From assembly GCA_033762915.1 (NCBI GenBank), contig JANRLD010000115.1, positions 32,001 through 96,000 of the forward strand: a stretch of DNA of 64,000 nucleotides, written 5' to 3'. The notes beneath the pieces were generated by a model, which was not told where the DNA came from, did not search any database, and was given only the letters and a program-made list of their open reading frames with translations. Origin of the DNA: Meiothermus sp. GTDB taxonomy: Bacteria > Deinococcota > Deinococci > Deinococcales > Thermaceae. Of the stretch, positions 30,695-41,563 are shown piece after piece. The number at the start of each line of letters is the position of its first letter. Positions within the stretch are counted from its first letter, which is position 1. Position numbers and translations under genes: made by a program.

Positions 30695-31747
30695 CTACCC
30701 CTGCTTCAGGTGGGCGTGGAACAGCGGGTCCACAACCTCAGGCTTCTCGATCTGGGGAGAGTGGCCGGTGTCGGGGAGCACGTGCTCTTTGAAGTTGGCG
30801 TACTGCTCGAGCACCGCCCGGGTCTGGCCCACCATCGGCTGCGAGGGGTAGACCTCGGCCCCCGGCCAGCCGGGAACCAGCCCGAACGCGCCCAGCGTGC
30901 CCATGTCGAAGAAACTGGCATCGCCAACGATCTGGTCGTCCGCGCCGCGCACCCACAGGATGGGTGGTTTGGGCTTGGCCGCAAGAAACCTCTTCACGGT
31001 ATCGCCCACATATTTGGGCGAGATGGCGTTAGCGGGGCCGAGCACGCCGGGGGCCACGTTGGGCCAGTTCTCCGAGGGCGTGAGATCGCCGGGGTATTTG
31101 TCGGGGCCAATTTTCTCGGACAGAACGCCTGAGAGCAACTCTTCTTCTCGAGCGGCCTTGAACGGGGGCTTCCAGTAGAAGCTATTCATCACCGTGCGGG
31201 GCGAGGCCTGGTGCTCGCTGCCGCGGTACCCCTCGCTGATGAGGCGGGCGAACTCGGGGTTGACGATGCCCCCGCCCGAACCCGCGAAGTCAGGCTGGCA
31301 GGGCCTGCCGTCCAAGCCCTTGGTACCCCCGAAGCCGTAGGGCGAGGCCGGGGCGAAGAGGGTGACGGTGCGGACCCTGGGCGCGGCCGCCGCGATCAGG
31401 CTATAAATCACCCCGCCGCCCAGCGAGTGCCCGGCAACGTGAAAGCGCTCAATCCCCAGTGTGTCCATCAGCGAGAGCAGGTCGTCGACCCAGTCGTTGT
31501 AGCCCCTGGTCGCGTCCACCAGCTTGTCCTCGGTGTCGCCGTAGCCGCGCAGGTCGGGCGCGATGGCGCGATACCCGGCGGGCAGCGCCAGCATGGTCTC
31601 CTCCCAGAAGGTCGCCGAGGAGGCGTTGCCGTGGATCAACAAGACCGGCTCGCCGCCCTCTGCGCCGCTGCTCAAGACATGCGTGTTGAGCCGCTGGGTC
31701 TGAACCATTGAAGACTGGATGCCGGGGAGTGTGGGAATGCTACTCAT
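30695..31747 (-). CDS. Alpha/beta hydrolase (esterase-like)
   Basis: IHGNASS, PDLRGYG, GHSLGG, D and GHSP; RBS AAGGAGG. Confidence 0.88.
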   Translation of the reverse strand: MSSIPTLPGIQSSMVQTQRLNTHVLSSGAEGGEPVLLIHGNASSATFWEETMLALPAGYRAIAPDLRGYGDTEDKLVDATRGYNDWVDDLLSLMDTLGIERFHVAGHSLGGGVIYSLIAAAAPRVRTVTLFAPASPYGFGGTKGLDGRPCQPDFAGSGGGIVNPEFARLISEGYRGSEHQASPRTVMNSFYWKPPFKAAREEELLSGVLSEKIGPDKYPGDLTPSENWPNVAPGVLGPANAISPKYVGDTVKRFLAAKPKPPILWVRGADDQIVGDASFFDMGTLGAFGLVPGWPGAEVYPSQPMVGQTRAVLEQYANFKEHVLPDTGHSPQIEKPEVVDPLFHAHLKQG

Positions 31748-31833
31748 GTGCTCCTCCTTGCTGGCGGTTAGCAACAGGCGACCCGTCTGGGCCAACAGCT
31801 AACCGCCAAAAGCCCTGCGCGACTTTGGACAAC

Positions 31834-32538
<705 letters not shown>

Positions 32539-32647
32539 GGGCGACCTCGAGTGGCGAGAAGGGAGACAGGAGGCAGGAGGCGGGAGAAGTCAAAGGCCTT
32601 GGGGTTGACCTTTCCTCTTCTCTTTTCCCTTTTCTCGCGGTTCCCAC

Positions 32648-33364
32648 TCACGCTGACCTCCCCAAATAGGCCTCGCGCACCTTCGGGTTGGCGGCAACGG
32701 CCTCGTACCTGCCCTCGGCGATCACGGTGCCATAGTCCATCACCACCACCCGGTCGGCCAAGGCCCGCACCACCGGCATCAGGTGCTCGATGAAGAGCAC
32801 GGTCACGCCGCTGGCCCGGACGCGCTTGACCAGCTCCACGGCCTCCATGGCCTCGGCAGGGCGCAGGCCAGCCATCACCTCGTCGAGGAGAAGCAGCTTG
32901 GGCTGGGTGCAGAGGGCTCGAGCCATCTCCAGACGTTTGTCCTCGAGGAGCGAGAGGTCGCCCGCCAGCACCTCGGCTTTGGGCAGCAGGCCGGTGAGGG
33001 TGAGGGCGTTCTGCACGACCTGGCGGGCCTGCTCGAGGGGCGTGCCCGGCTTGCCGTAGATGGCCCCGACCAGCAGGTTCTCGCGCACGGTCATCTCGTG
33101 GAAGGGCTGGACGATCTGGAAGGCCCGGCCCAGGCCCAGCCAGGCCCGCACCTCGGGGGCCCTATGGGTGATGTCTTGGCCCAGGAAGTGGACGCTGCCC
33201 GAGTCGGGCCCAAGCAGGCCGGAGATTAGGTTCAGCAAGGTACTCTTCCCCGCGCCGTTGGGGCCGATCACCGCGAAGATCTCGCCCTCTTGCACCTCGA
33301 AGCTGACCGCGTTGGCCGCCGTCACCCCGCCGAAGCGCTTGGTCAGGCCGGTGAGCTTAAGCAT
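32648..33364 (-). CDS. Liv-type ABC ATPase (LivG-like)
   Basis: KRFGG, GPNGAGKST, LLLDE.MAGL, V.EAYLG. Confidence 0.92.
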   Translation of the reverse strand: MLKLTGLTKRFGGVTAANAVSFEVQEGEIFAVIGPNGAGKSTLLNLISGLLGPDSGSVHFLGQDITHRAPEVRAWLGLGRAFQIVQPFHEMTVRENLLVGAIYGKPGTPLEQARQVVQNALTLTGLLPKAEVLAGDLSLLEDKRLEMARALCTQPKLLLLDEVMAGLRPAEAMEAVELVKRVRASGVTVLFIEHLMPVVRALADRVVVMDYGTVIAEGRYEAVAANPKVREAYLGRSA

Positions 33365-34292
33365 GGCCGCCCCGCTTGGTCAGCAGGCCCATCAGGCCCT
33401 TGGGCAGGAAGAGGATGGTGAGGATCAGGATCACCCCGTAGACCACCAGATAGCCGTCCTTGACGACCAGGCGCAAGTAGGTCTCGAGGCCCACCAGGAT
33501 GATCCCACCCAAGAGCGGCCCCAGCGTGGTGTAGAGCCCGCCGAAGATGGGAATCACCAGGGCCTCCACCGCCCGCCCCAGGCTGAAGGCGTCGTAGGGC
33601 GAGAGGAAGAGGGTTTTCATCCCGTAGACCCCGCCCGCCAGGCCCGCGAGTGAACTCGAGATCAAGAAAGCGATCAGCTTAACCCGCACCACCGGCACGC
33701 CCAGCACCCTCGCCACGGCCTCGCCTTGGCGGGTGGCCGCCATGCCGTAGCTGAGCCGGCTGCGGGCCACCCAGAGGCTGGCCCCCACCGCCAACGACAG
33801 GGTTAGCACCGCCAGATAGTAGCTGCCCAGCGGCAGGCTCCCCCCGAAGGCCGGGGGCACGATCATCCCAATGGAGCCGCCGGTAAAGCTGGCCTTGAGC
33901 ACGAAGGTCCGCATCACCTCGCTGAAGGCCAGGGTCGCGATGGCGAAGTACATCCCATGCAGGCGCAGGGTGGCCAGGCCCAGCAGGAGGCTCGAGAGGG
34001 CCGCCACCAGCACGCCCACCAGCAGCGCGGGAATCGTGCCCAGCGCCGGGGAGGCGACAGCGGCGGCGTAGGCCCCCAGCCCGAAGAAGGCCCCGTGCGC
34101 CAGCGAGAGCTGCCCGGTGCGGGCCAGCAAATCCCACGACAGGGCCAGCGCCGAGATCAGGAAGGCGAACTGCGCGGTGTCCAGCGCGAAGGCCTCCCAG
34201 CGGCCCAGGGGCAAGAAGGGCAAGACGAGCGAGACCAGCAGGATTACGCCGATGGTGATGCCGGAGCCGCTCAATCTCGAGGCGCGCTTCAT
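33357..34292 (-). CDS. Liv-type ABC permease (LivM-like)
   Basis: GQLSLAHGAFFGLGAY, RL.G.YFAIATLAF, PKGL.G. Confidence 0.9.
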   Translation of the reverse strand: MKRASRLSGSGITIGVILLVSLVLPFLPLGRWEAFALDTAQFAFLISALALSWDLLARTGQLSLAHGAFFGLGAYAAAVASPALGTIPALLVGVLVAALSSLLLGLATLRLHGMYFAIATLAFSEVMRTFVLKASFTGGSIGMIVPPAFGGSLPLGSYYLAVLTLSLAVGASLWVARSRLSYGMAATRQGEAVARVLGVPVVRVKLIAFLISSSLAGLAGGVYGMKTLFLSPYDAFSLGRAVEALVIPIFGGLYTTLGPLLGGIILVGLETYLRLVVKDGYLVVYGVILILTILFLPKGLMGLLTKRGGHA

Positions 34293-35146
34293 CGCACCCT
34301 CCAGGAGCGCCAGGTCAGGGCCGCAAAGATGACCAGAAAAAACACCGCCTCCACCCATCCCCCACCGCCGGGGATGTAGGTGCTCACAAAGGCCTCCGCC
34401 AGCGCCAGGATGATCGCCGCCGGAATCACCCCGCGCAGGTTGCCCAGGCCCGCCATCACGATGATGGCGAAGGCCTTGAGGGTGTAGGCGGCCCCCACCG
34501 TGGGTGAGGCGTTGAGGGTGACCGAAAGCATTACCCCCGCGACGCCCGCCAGCGCGGCGGAAAGCCCGAAAGCCAAAAGGTAAATCTGCTCTTTCTCGAT
34601 CCCCAAGAGCCCGGGGGCCAGCCGGTTCTGCGAAACCGCCCGCACCGCAAAGCCCAGCCGGGTGCGCCCCAAAAACCAGTACAGGCCAGAGAGCAGCCCC
34701 GCCGAGAGCAAAAACGAGACCAGGGGCACCAGCCCAAAGGACAGCCCTCCGAAGCTCACCGTCGCGGCCTGGTAGGGCGGGCTGACCACCCGGGTATCGC
34801 CCCCAAACATCAACAGGGCCAGATTTTGCAGCGCGATGGACAGCCCGAAGGTGAGGAGCATTTGGTTGAGCTCGGGGGCGTTCAGGATGGGCCGGATCAG
34901 CCCGTAGTAGCTCACGGCCCCCACCACAAAGGCCACCAGCGCCGCCAGCCCCAGCGAGATCACCGGGTCGAGGCCCGCAAACGTGAACATCAGGTAGGAG
35001 ACAAAAGCCCCCACCATCAGAAACTCGCCGTGGGCGAAATTAACGATCCCCACCACCCCCACCGCGAGCGCCAACCCGCTGGCCACGAGCGCGTACACAC
35101 CCGCGACCAGCAGGCCGTTGATTAGGGTTTGAAGGAAGAGTTCCAT
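34289..35146 (-). CDS. Liv-type ABC permease (LivH-like)
   Basis: NGL....YALVA.GL, VNFAHGEF.M.GA, TRLG..VRA. Confidence 0.9.
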   Translation of the reverse strand: MELFLQTLINGLLVAGVYALVASGLALAVGVVGIVNFAHGEFLMVGAFVSYLMFTFAGLDPVISLGLAALVAFVVGAVSYYGLIRPILNAPELNQMLLTFGLSIALQNLALLMFGGDTRVVSPPYQAATVSFGGLSFGLVPLVSFLLSAGLLSGLYWFLGRTRLGFAVRAVSQNRLAPGLLGIEKEQIYLLAFGLSAALAGVAGVMLSVTLNASPTVGAAYTLKAFAIIVMAGLGNLRGVIPAAIILALAEAFVSTYIPGGGGWVEAVFFLVIFAALTWRSWRVR

Positions 35147-35400
35147 AGCGAGTTGATGGTTGAAGGTTGAGGGTTGAAGGACTCGAGGCGATTTGGCAAC
35201 TGAGTTGCGCCAGGGTAGGTTTGCGAAACCGCTGGACGCAGCAAGCAGCTGCCTAGCGCAATCCCCTGCGGATATCCCGAGGAGCCATTTCGCAATTTCA
35301 CTATGGAGACACTTGGCGGTCAGCTTTTGGCTTCTGGCAGCCAACGGCCAACCGGATTCCTCGCTCGAGGTTCAACCGTCAACCTTCAACACACCGCTCC

Positions 35401-36558
35401 TCAGTAGTTTCCCGGGTACCGCAGCGGCCTTCCGGCCACGCCTGCGGGGAAGACCGGTCGGCGGCTGCCGTTGAGGTACTGGAACTGAAACCAGATCGAG
35501 GCGTTGAAGCCCTGGTTCTTGGTCTTGCCGGTATCGGAGGGCTTGAAGGCCAGGGAGCCAAAGGGAGTGTCCAGCCTGACCTTGGCCAGCGCGTCGGAGA
35601 TGCGGCCCTTGTCGGCGCTCCCCGCGGCCTCGATCGCCGCACCGAGTGCCCGGACGGCGGTATAGCCCATCGGGGCCATGTACTCCTCGGTGATCTCGCC
35701 GAACTTCTTCTTGTAGGCGGCCACGAAGCGCTGCGAGGCGCGGTTACCGACCGAGGGGAGCCAGGCGCTCATGCCCGCGATATCGTTGGACAGATTGTTC
35801 TTGTCGAAGCCCAGCGGCCAGGCCGGGGGCGCGCCGTAGATGATCTTGGGGTCCAGGCCCACCTGCCGCACCTGGGTGGCGATGGGGAGGGCGTCCCAGT
35901 CGTAGCCGATCCAGTAGAGGATGTCGGGGGCAAAGCTCTTGAAGCGGGTCAGGGTGGCGGTGAAATTGCCGGAGTTGGTCTTGAAGGGCTCGGCCTGCAC
36001 GGTGAAGCCGGCCTGGGTCAGGAGTTGGCGGTAGGCGGGCATCCCAGCCGAGCCGAAGGGGCCGTCCTCGTAGAGGATGGCGACCTTTTTGGCCCCCTGG
36101 CCTTGCAGGTACTTGAAGAAGTCCATCGCGGCGGTGACGTTGTGGTAGTCCCAGGGGTGGAAGTGGAAGAAGTCCTCGTAGCCCTCCATGGCGTTCTCGA
36201 CCAGCGAGCTGGCCGCCCCGACCGCCAGGAAGAGCGGCTTGTACTGCTTGATGGGGCCGGCCATGCCCAGGGTGGGGCCAGAGCCCAGGCCGCCGATCAC
36301 GATGTCCACCCGGTCCACGGTGAGCAGCTTGACCAGGGCCGGGATGGCCTTGTCGGCGGCGTTGCCGTCGTCCACCACCACCAGCTCGAGCTTGACCTTG
36401 CCCGCCGCAGCGAGTTCATCCGCCGCGAGCTGGATGCCGTTGAGGGCGGCCTTGCCCGCCACGCTGGTCAGGGGCAGAATCACCCCGACCTTAACCGACT
36501 GGGCCAGGGAGAACCCCAACCCCAAAAGCACTGCGCCTAAAACCAGAACTTTCTTCAT
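35401..36558 (-). CDS. Liv-type ABC substrate-binding protein
   Basis: Signal peptide, VKVGVILPLT, G..LA, F..AY.KKFG. Confidence 0.88.
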   Translation of the reverse strand: MKKVLVLGAVLLGLGFSLAQSVKVGVILPLTSVAGKAALNGIQLAADELAAAGKVKLELVVVDDGNAADKAIPALVKLLTVDRVDIVIGGLGSGPTLGMAGPIKQYKPLFLAVGAASSLVENAMEGYEDFFHFHPWDYHNVTAAMDFFKYLQGQGAKKVAILYEDGPFGSAGMPAYRQLLTQAGFTVQAEPFKTNSGNFTATLTRFKSFAPDILYWIGYDWDALPIATQVRQVGLDPKIIYGAPPAWPLGFDKNNLSNDIAGMSAWLPSVGNRASQRFVAAYKKKFGEITEEYMAPMGYTAVRALGAAIEAAGSADKGRISDALAKVRLDTPFGSLAFKPSDTGKTKNQGFNASIWFQFQYLNGSRRPVFPAGVAGRPLRYPGNY

Positions 36559-36652
36559 GCTTGCCTCCTGTGGAGATAACGCTCAGCAATCCTTTTCCCC
36601 CCTCGAGGAGGAAAAGGGCCGGGGGATTGGGGGTGAGCCAGCCGAACAGACT

Positions 36653-37057
36653 TCACGCGGGCTCCTCGTACAGCACTGTGGCCTCGCCCTCGACGACCCG
36701 CTCGCCACGCTGGTTGGTGCAAACGGTCTCGAGGGTCAGGATGGGTTTGTCGGGCCGGATCGCCTTGACGGTGACGGCGGCGGTGATGGTGTCGCCGATG
36801 TAGGCGGGCTTCAAAAACTTGAGGCTCTGGCCCAGGTAGACCGCCCCGACGCCCGGCAGCCGGGTGCCGATGACGGTGGAAATCAGCCCCGCCACCAGAA
36901 TCCCCTGCGCGATGCGCTGGCCGAATCGGGTCTTCTTGGCGTACTCCGCATCCACGTGGATGGGGTTGGTGTCCCCCACCGCCCCGATGAACTGGGCGAT
37001 GTTGGCCTCGGTGATGGTCTGGCTGTAAGAGCCGACATCGCCTACCTTGTACTTCAC
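36653..37057 (-). CDS. MaoC/PhaJ-like (R)-specific enoyl-CoA hydratase
   Basis: GDTNPIH.D.EYA..TRFG.RIA.G, LPG.GA.Y, F.KP.YIGD; GTG start after RBS GGAGGT. Confidence 0.9.
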   Translation of the reverse strand: MKYKVGDVGSYSQTITEANIAQFIGAVGDTNPIHVDAEYAKKTRFGQRIAQGILVAGLISTVIGTRLPGVGAVYLGQSLKFLKPAYIGDTITAAVTVKAIRPDKPILTLETVCTNQRGERVVEGEATVLYEEPA

Positions 37058-37878
37058 GCTTTCACCTCCAGAAAGGCGTTGATTTCCTGCGCCAGCAGCG
37101 GGGTGTTTTCCACCGCCGCGACGTGACCCAGTTCGGGCAGCACGTGATGCACCGCCCCCGGAATGGCCTCGGCAATCTCCTGGCTGTAGCGCGGCGGAAA
37201 GAGTAAATCTTCCTCGCCCGAAAGCACCAGGGTGGGAACACTCACCTGGGCGAGCCGGGGACGCAAGTCCTCGAGCGCAAAAAAACCCGCCATCAGATTG
37301 TTCTGGGCCTGCGCGGTGGGGGCGGCGACAAGCATCTGATCGAGGGATTGGGCCGAAGCGACCTCGGGGTGGGCCTCGAGGAAGGCCCGGCCCCATATCC
37401 ACGGCAGCGCGACCCGCAAGCGCCCCTGGGTCTGGCCCAGCTCGAGGGCCAGTTGCCAGCTCTCCACCTTGGCCCGGATCAGCGGGTCGAGGCGCGGGGT
37501 GGTGCACAGCAGGATCAGTCGATGCAAGCCTGCCGGCCGCCGGGCCGCGTGTACCTGCGCCACGATGCCCCCGTTGGAGAGGCCCAGCAGGTGATAGCGG
37601 GGGATGTGGAGGGTGGCCAGCAGCGCCTCGAGGTCGGCGGCGTGCAGCTCGGGGGTGTAGGCCCCCTCGGGCACCGCGCTGCGGCCCTGGCCGCGCATGT
37701 CGTAGCGCAAGACGGTGAAGCCTTGCAGTCGGGGCAGCAGCGGCTCCCAGGCTTCAAGGCGCTGGAAGATGCCGTTGGCGAGTACCAGCACGGGTTCGTG
37801 GGGGGACGCAAGGTATTGCGTCCGCTCCGCCGTCAGCTCATAAAACAGCTCGGTGCCATTCACCGCCACCCTAGGCAT
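37054..37878 (-). CDS. Alpha/beta hydrolase (PcaD-like fold)
   Basis: RYDMRGQGRS, GLSNGG, GEED, GH. Confidence 0.85.
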   Translation of the reverse strand: MPRVAVNGTELFYELTAERTQYLASPHEPVLVLANGIFQRLEAWEPLLPRLQGFTVLRYDMRGQGRSAVPEGAYTPELHAADLEALLATLHIPRYHLLGLSNGGIVAQVHAARRPAGLHRLILLCTTPRLDPLIRAKVESWQLALELGQTQGRLRVALPWIWGRAFLEAHPEVASAQSLDQMLVAAPTAQAQNNLMAGFFALEDLRPRLAQVSVPTLVLSGEEDLLFPPRYSQEIAEAIPGAVHHVLPELGHVAAVENTPLLAQEINAFLEVKA

Positions 37879-39349
37879 GGGTACCTCCCGCTTGGGCAAA
37901 GCCCGCGGCCAGCTCGGTCTTGAGGATTTTGCCGGCGCCGCTCTTGGGAAGGTCGGGCATAAAGCGGTAGTGCTTGGGCACCTTATAGCCTGCCAGCCGG
38001 GCCTTGAGGAAGGTACGTAAGTCCTCCTCGCTGGCCTGGGCCTTGAGCACCACCGCCGCCAGCCCGACCTCGCCCCACTTGCCGTCCGGCACCCCCAGCA
38101 CCGCGCACTCGGCCACGGCAGGGTGGTCGTACAAGGCCCGCTCGACCTCCACCGGGTAGACGTTCTCGCCGCCGGAGATGAACATCTCCTTGGCCCGCCC
38201 CACGATGTAGTAGCGCCCCGCCGCGTCGCGCCGGGCCAGGTCACCGGTACGCAGCCAGGTGCGCCCGTCGTGCTCCACCAGGGCTTTGCCGCTGTCTTCG
38301 GGTTTTTCAAAGTAGCCCGACATCAGCACCGCCCCACACAGCCAGAGTTCGCCCTCGAGTTCGCTCTCCTGGCCCTGGTCGTCTACCAGCTTGGCCCACA
38401 GGTGCGGCATCGGGCGGCCCACCGACTCGGGGTGGTGCTGGGCCTCGCCGGGCTCGAGGGTGAAGCAATTCACCCCCGCCTCGGTCAGGCCGTAGCCCTG
38501 CTTGAAGCGGACGCCCTTGGCGCTGAAGGCCTCCCGCACCGGGGCCGGGCAGGGCGCGCCGCCCGAGATAGCCCAGCGCACCGAGGAGAAGTCCGCCTCC
38601 GAAAAACCGGGGTGGTTGGCCAGCATCTGGTACATGGTGGGCACCAGGAACAGCAGGCCAGCCTCGTGCTCCCGCACCCAGCGCAAGTACTCCGCGGGCT
38701 CGAACCGCTCCTGGATCAAGACCGAGCCGCCCAGGTAGAGCAGCGGCGTGCACAGCGCGTTGAGCGCGGCATGGAACATGGGGGTCGAGACGACGTAGCG
38801 GTCTTCGGGTCGCAGGCCCCAGCTCATGCAGGTCTGCACCGCGTTGAGCAGCAGTTGGCGGTATGGCAGCATGGCCCCCTTGGGGAGCCCGGTGGTGCCG
38901 CCCGTGAAGAGGATCAGGGCGGTGTCCTCGAGGCTGGGCCGGAAGGGCGGCAGGGGGGCAGGGGGGAGGGTTTGCAGGGCGGAGAGGGGGTGGGAGGTGG
39001 GGTGCAGCAGGTGGGCGAGGTCGGGGAAGTCTTCGCCGAAGAACAGGACTGTGGGGCGGGTGTACTCGAGCAGCCCGCTAAGCTCGGCCTGGCTCAGGCG
39101 GTGGTTGAACAGGGTGGGGACGAAGCCCAGCAGGGGCGCGGCGAAGTACAGCTCGAGGTAACCCAGATGGTTCTGGCTCAGCACCCCCACCCGGTCTCCC
39201 CTGCCCACCCCCAGCCCCGCCAGCGACTCCGCCGCCCGCACCGCCCGGCGGTACAGTTCGCCGTAAGTCACCCAGGCCCCGCGCCAGTACACCGCCGGCC
39301 GCTCGGGGTGGGCGGCGGCAAGGCGCTCGAGCCAGTTGGGGTTAAACAC
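37871..39349 (-). CDS. Acyl-CoA synthetase (AMP-forming)
   Basis: FTGGTTGLPKG, QGYGLTE, TGDL, SGGENVYP.EVE, GKILK. Confidence 0.92.
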   Translation of the reverse strand: MFNPNWLERLAAAHPERPAVYWRGAWVTYGELYRRAVRAAESLAGLGVGRGDRVGVLSQNHLGYLELYFAAPLLGFVPTLFNHRLSQAELSGLLEYTRPTVLFFGEDFPDLAHLLHPTSHPLSALQTLPPAPLPPFRPSLEDTALILFTGGTTGLPKGAMLPYRQLLLNAVQTCMSWGLRPEDRYVVSTPMFHAALNALCTPLLYLGGSVLIQERFEPAEYLRWVREHEAGLLFLVPTMYQMLANHPGFSEADFSSVRWAISGGAPCPAPVREAFSAKGVRFKQGYGLTEAGVNCFTLEPGEAQHHPESVGRPMPHLWAKLVDDQGQESELEGELWLCGAVLMSGYFEKPEDSGKALVEHDGRTWLRTGDLARRDAAGRYYIVGRAKEMFISGGENVYPVEVERALYDHPAVAECAVLGVPDGKWGEVGLAAVVLKAQASEEDLRTFLKARLAGYKVPKHYRFMPDLPKSGAGKILKTELAAGFAQAGGTHA

Positions 39350-39598
39350 GGTTGGCCCTCCAGCGACATGGAAGGTCAAAGCTGAACCCCCCCAGTCCCC
39401 TTGATGGCTGCAACAACCGATCTTGGACCTTCTTAGCGCTTAGTGAACGCCCCAAGGGGGGCTCGCCGCGTCTCCCTACAACCCGAATCGCCGGGCGGTC
39501 AAAAAGCCTCCCTTTGGGCATGCCTCGAGCGACAAAAACCCCCAAACCCAGCCCACCGCTAACACCCAGGGCGGCAAAGGGGATCGGGTTTCGGGCTT

Positions 39599-40600
39599 TC
39601 ATGCTTCCTCCCACCGCAGCACCGCCGCGCCCCAGTGGTACCCCACCCCCGCCGCCGCCAGTGCCACCAAACTGCCCGGCCCGATCTGGCCCGACTGCCC
39701 GGCCAGCTTGAGCGAGAGGATGGGGTCGAGCTGGCCCAGATGGCCGTACTCGCTCAGGTAGATGGTCTGCGACTCCGAGAGACCCAGGCCGTCCAGCACC
39801 GCCTTATGGGCCGAGGGCTTCATGTGCAGTAGGGCCAGGAAGTCGAGGTCGGCGGGGGCGTAGCCAGCCTGAGCCAGCGCCCCCACGATCACCTCCATGA
39901 AGCCCGGCATCGAGACCTGCTCGAGCCGGGTCTTCATCAGCTCGGGCTCGGCCACCCGCAGCCGGTACTGCTGGGCATTGGAGCCATCGAGGGGGGCCAC
40001 GGTGCCACCCACCGGAACCCGAACGGTGTTGGCGAGCACGGGGTCGGTCTTGAGCCGGCTCGAGAGCAGCCGCAGCCCGCCGCCCTGGCGGCTCAGCACC
40101 GCTGCGCCGCCGCCGGCCGCGAGGTCGTACATAAAGCGCACCGCCTCGTCGCTAAAGTCGATCAGGTCGCCGTTGCGGTAGCCGCCCGCCACCAGGACGT
40201 GCCGCACCTCGGGGCGGCTGGCGAACAGCCCCTCCGCCACCGCCAGCGCCGTCACGAAGCTGGCACACTTCTGGTTGAGGTCGAAGCACCAAGCGCGGTC
40301 TGCCCCCACCATCTGGGCGATCAGGGGGGCGCTGGTCCAGACCGGGTAGTCCTTGTGTTCGTCGGTGATGCTGATCACCACGTCGAGGTCGGCGGGCTCG
40401 AGGGCAGCGTCCTTCAGGGCACCCTCGGCAGCCCAGCCCCCCATGCGGGCAGGGTGGTCGTCGGGGCCGGGCACCGGCTTCTGGTGAATGCCCAGCTTGT
40501 CGCGCACCACCCACTCCGGCAGCCCGCTCGCCGCGGCGATCTCGGCGCTGGACATGCGGGGAATGGGGAGATAAACCCCTAGGCCTCGGAGGTAGGGCAT
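39599..40600 (-). CDS. FabH-like condensing/thiolase-fold enzyme
   Basis: FDL...CAS, LLH, YGH.G..D, L.AAG.GY.WGA. Confidence 0.85.
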   Translation of the reverse strand: MPYLRGLGVYLPIPRMSSAEIAAASGLPEWVVRDKLGIHQKPVPGPDDHPARMGGWAAEGALKDAALEPADLDVVISITDEHKDYPVWTSAPLIAQMVGADRAWCFDLNQKCASFVTALAVAEGLFASRPEVRHVLVAGGYRNGDLIDFSDEAVRFMYDLAAGGGAAVLSRQGGGLRLLSSRLKTDPVLANTVRVPVGGTVAPLDGSNAQQYRLRVAEPELMKTRLEQVSMPGFMEVIVGALAQAGYAPADLDFLALLHMKPSAHKAVLDGLGLSESQTIYLSEYGHLGQLDPILSLKLAGQSGQIGPGSLVALAAAGVGYHWGAAVLRWEEA

Positions 40601-40624
40601 ATGGCTAACCTGTGGTTGGGAATT

Positions 40625-40657
40625 AGGCTACAGGTCGGCTGTTACAAACTTGTTACA
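40625..40657 (-). promoter_or_regulatory. Heptamer direct repeat operator plus -10 box
   Basis: Minus strand TGTAACA-agtt-TGTAACA, 9 nt, TAGCCT, upstream of the FabH-like gene. Confidence 0.6.
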
Positions 40658-40700
40658 CAGATGAATAGCAATCGAGGCGCGGCAAACGTTGAGTCATCAT

Positions 40701-41507
40701 CTAGATTCTTAGAAAGTCTTTTGCGGGCCAAATTTCTAGCGACCTTTTGTCCAACTCCTCTAGGTGAACTACAGCATCATCAAACACGGTGCACATATGT
40801 ATCGTGAACTGCTGATACTGGGACTTGTTTAGTGACCCGCTATACTTGATAAGCCCGTTCCCGAGTTTGATTTTTAGCTCTGCCATAGCAGCCTGATTTT
40901 CGTGTGCAATTTGATTGCGAACTTCCCAAATAGAGTCAAGTGAGGCGCAGAGACTTTCATCAATATTCGTATCTCTGATTCCAAGGAACTGTTTACTTTT
41001 TTTGTATTTGTGCGAAAACAACTTACCAGAGGTGTGTTGATTTGCAAGAATCTCGATGTATTTCAACTTCACTTCATCAAGAGTTGGCATTTCCTCTAGA
41101 TCAAGTGCTGAGATTGAGAGATCTGCAAAACCCTTTCTTCTAAGATTACTGTTTCGAATTAAACAAAGCTTTACGATATCCTGGAGAAAAAATTCTACTC
41201 CTGATGTGAAAGCAATTATTCCCTGTGAGACAAAGCTCCATCGTAGATACTCCAGGGCAAATTCAGGTTCTTTTTCTAAGCGGCCCAAAATTGGGGCAAC
41301 CTTCTCGAGTACCTGGTGAGACTGCAGGGCATCAGAAACATTTAAGCCCCACTCCTTACAGTTAGCCTCAGTGAACTCACTTGACAAAAGTAAGTTTAAC
41401 CGTATACCTGCCAATAGAAAAACCAGTCGAGCCATACAGGCGGAAAACATTATTGGGCCAGTCCTTTCCTTGATGATATCAGAGGTAGGTTCTCGAGTCT
41501 CTGCCAT
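40701..41507 (-). CDS. Low-GC hypothetical protein with a HEPN-like RxxxxH motif
   Basis: 268-aa ORF in AT-rich DNA; E.F..D helix and RNQIAH. Confidence 0.65.
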   Translation of the reverse strand: MAETREPTSDIIKERTGPIMFSACMARLVFLLAGIRLNLLLSSEFTEANCKEWGLNVSDALQSHQVLEKVAPILGRLEKEPEFALEYLRWSFVSQGIIAFTSGVEFFLQDIVKLCLIRNSNLRRKGFADLSISALDLEEMPTLDEVKLKYIEILANQHTSGKLFSHKYKKSKQFLGIRDTNIDESLCASLDSIWEVRNQIAHENQAAMAELKIKLGNGLIKYSGSLNKSQYQQFTIHMCTVFDDAVVHLEELDKRSLEIWPAKDFLRI

Positions 41508-41563
41508 TTTCCATCTCTAGGTCGTATGCCGAATCGCTCATCCTTCGAAGACTCAACCCCTGT

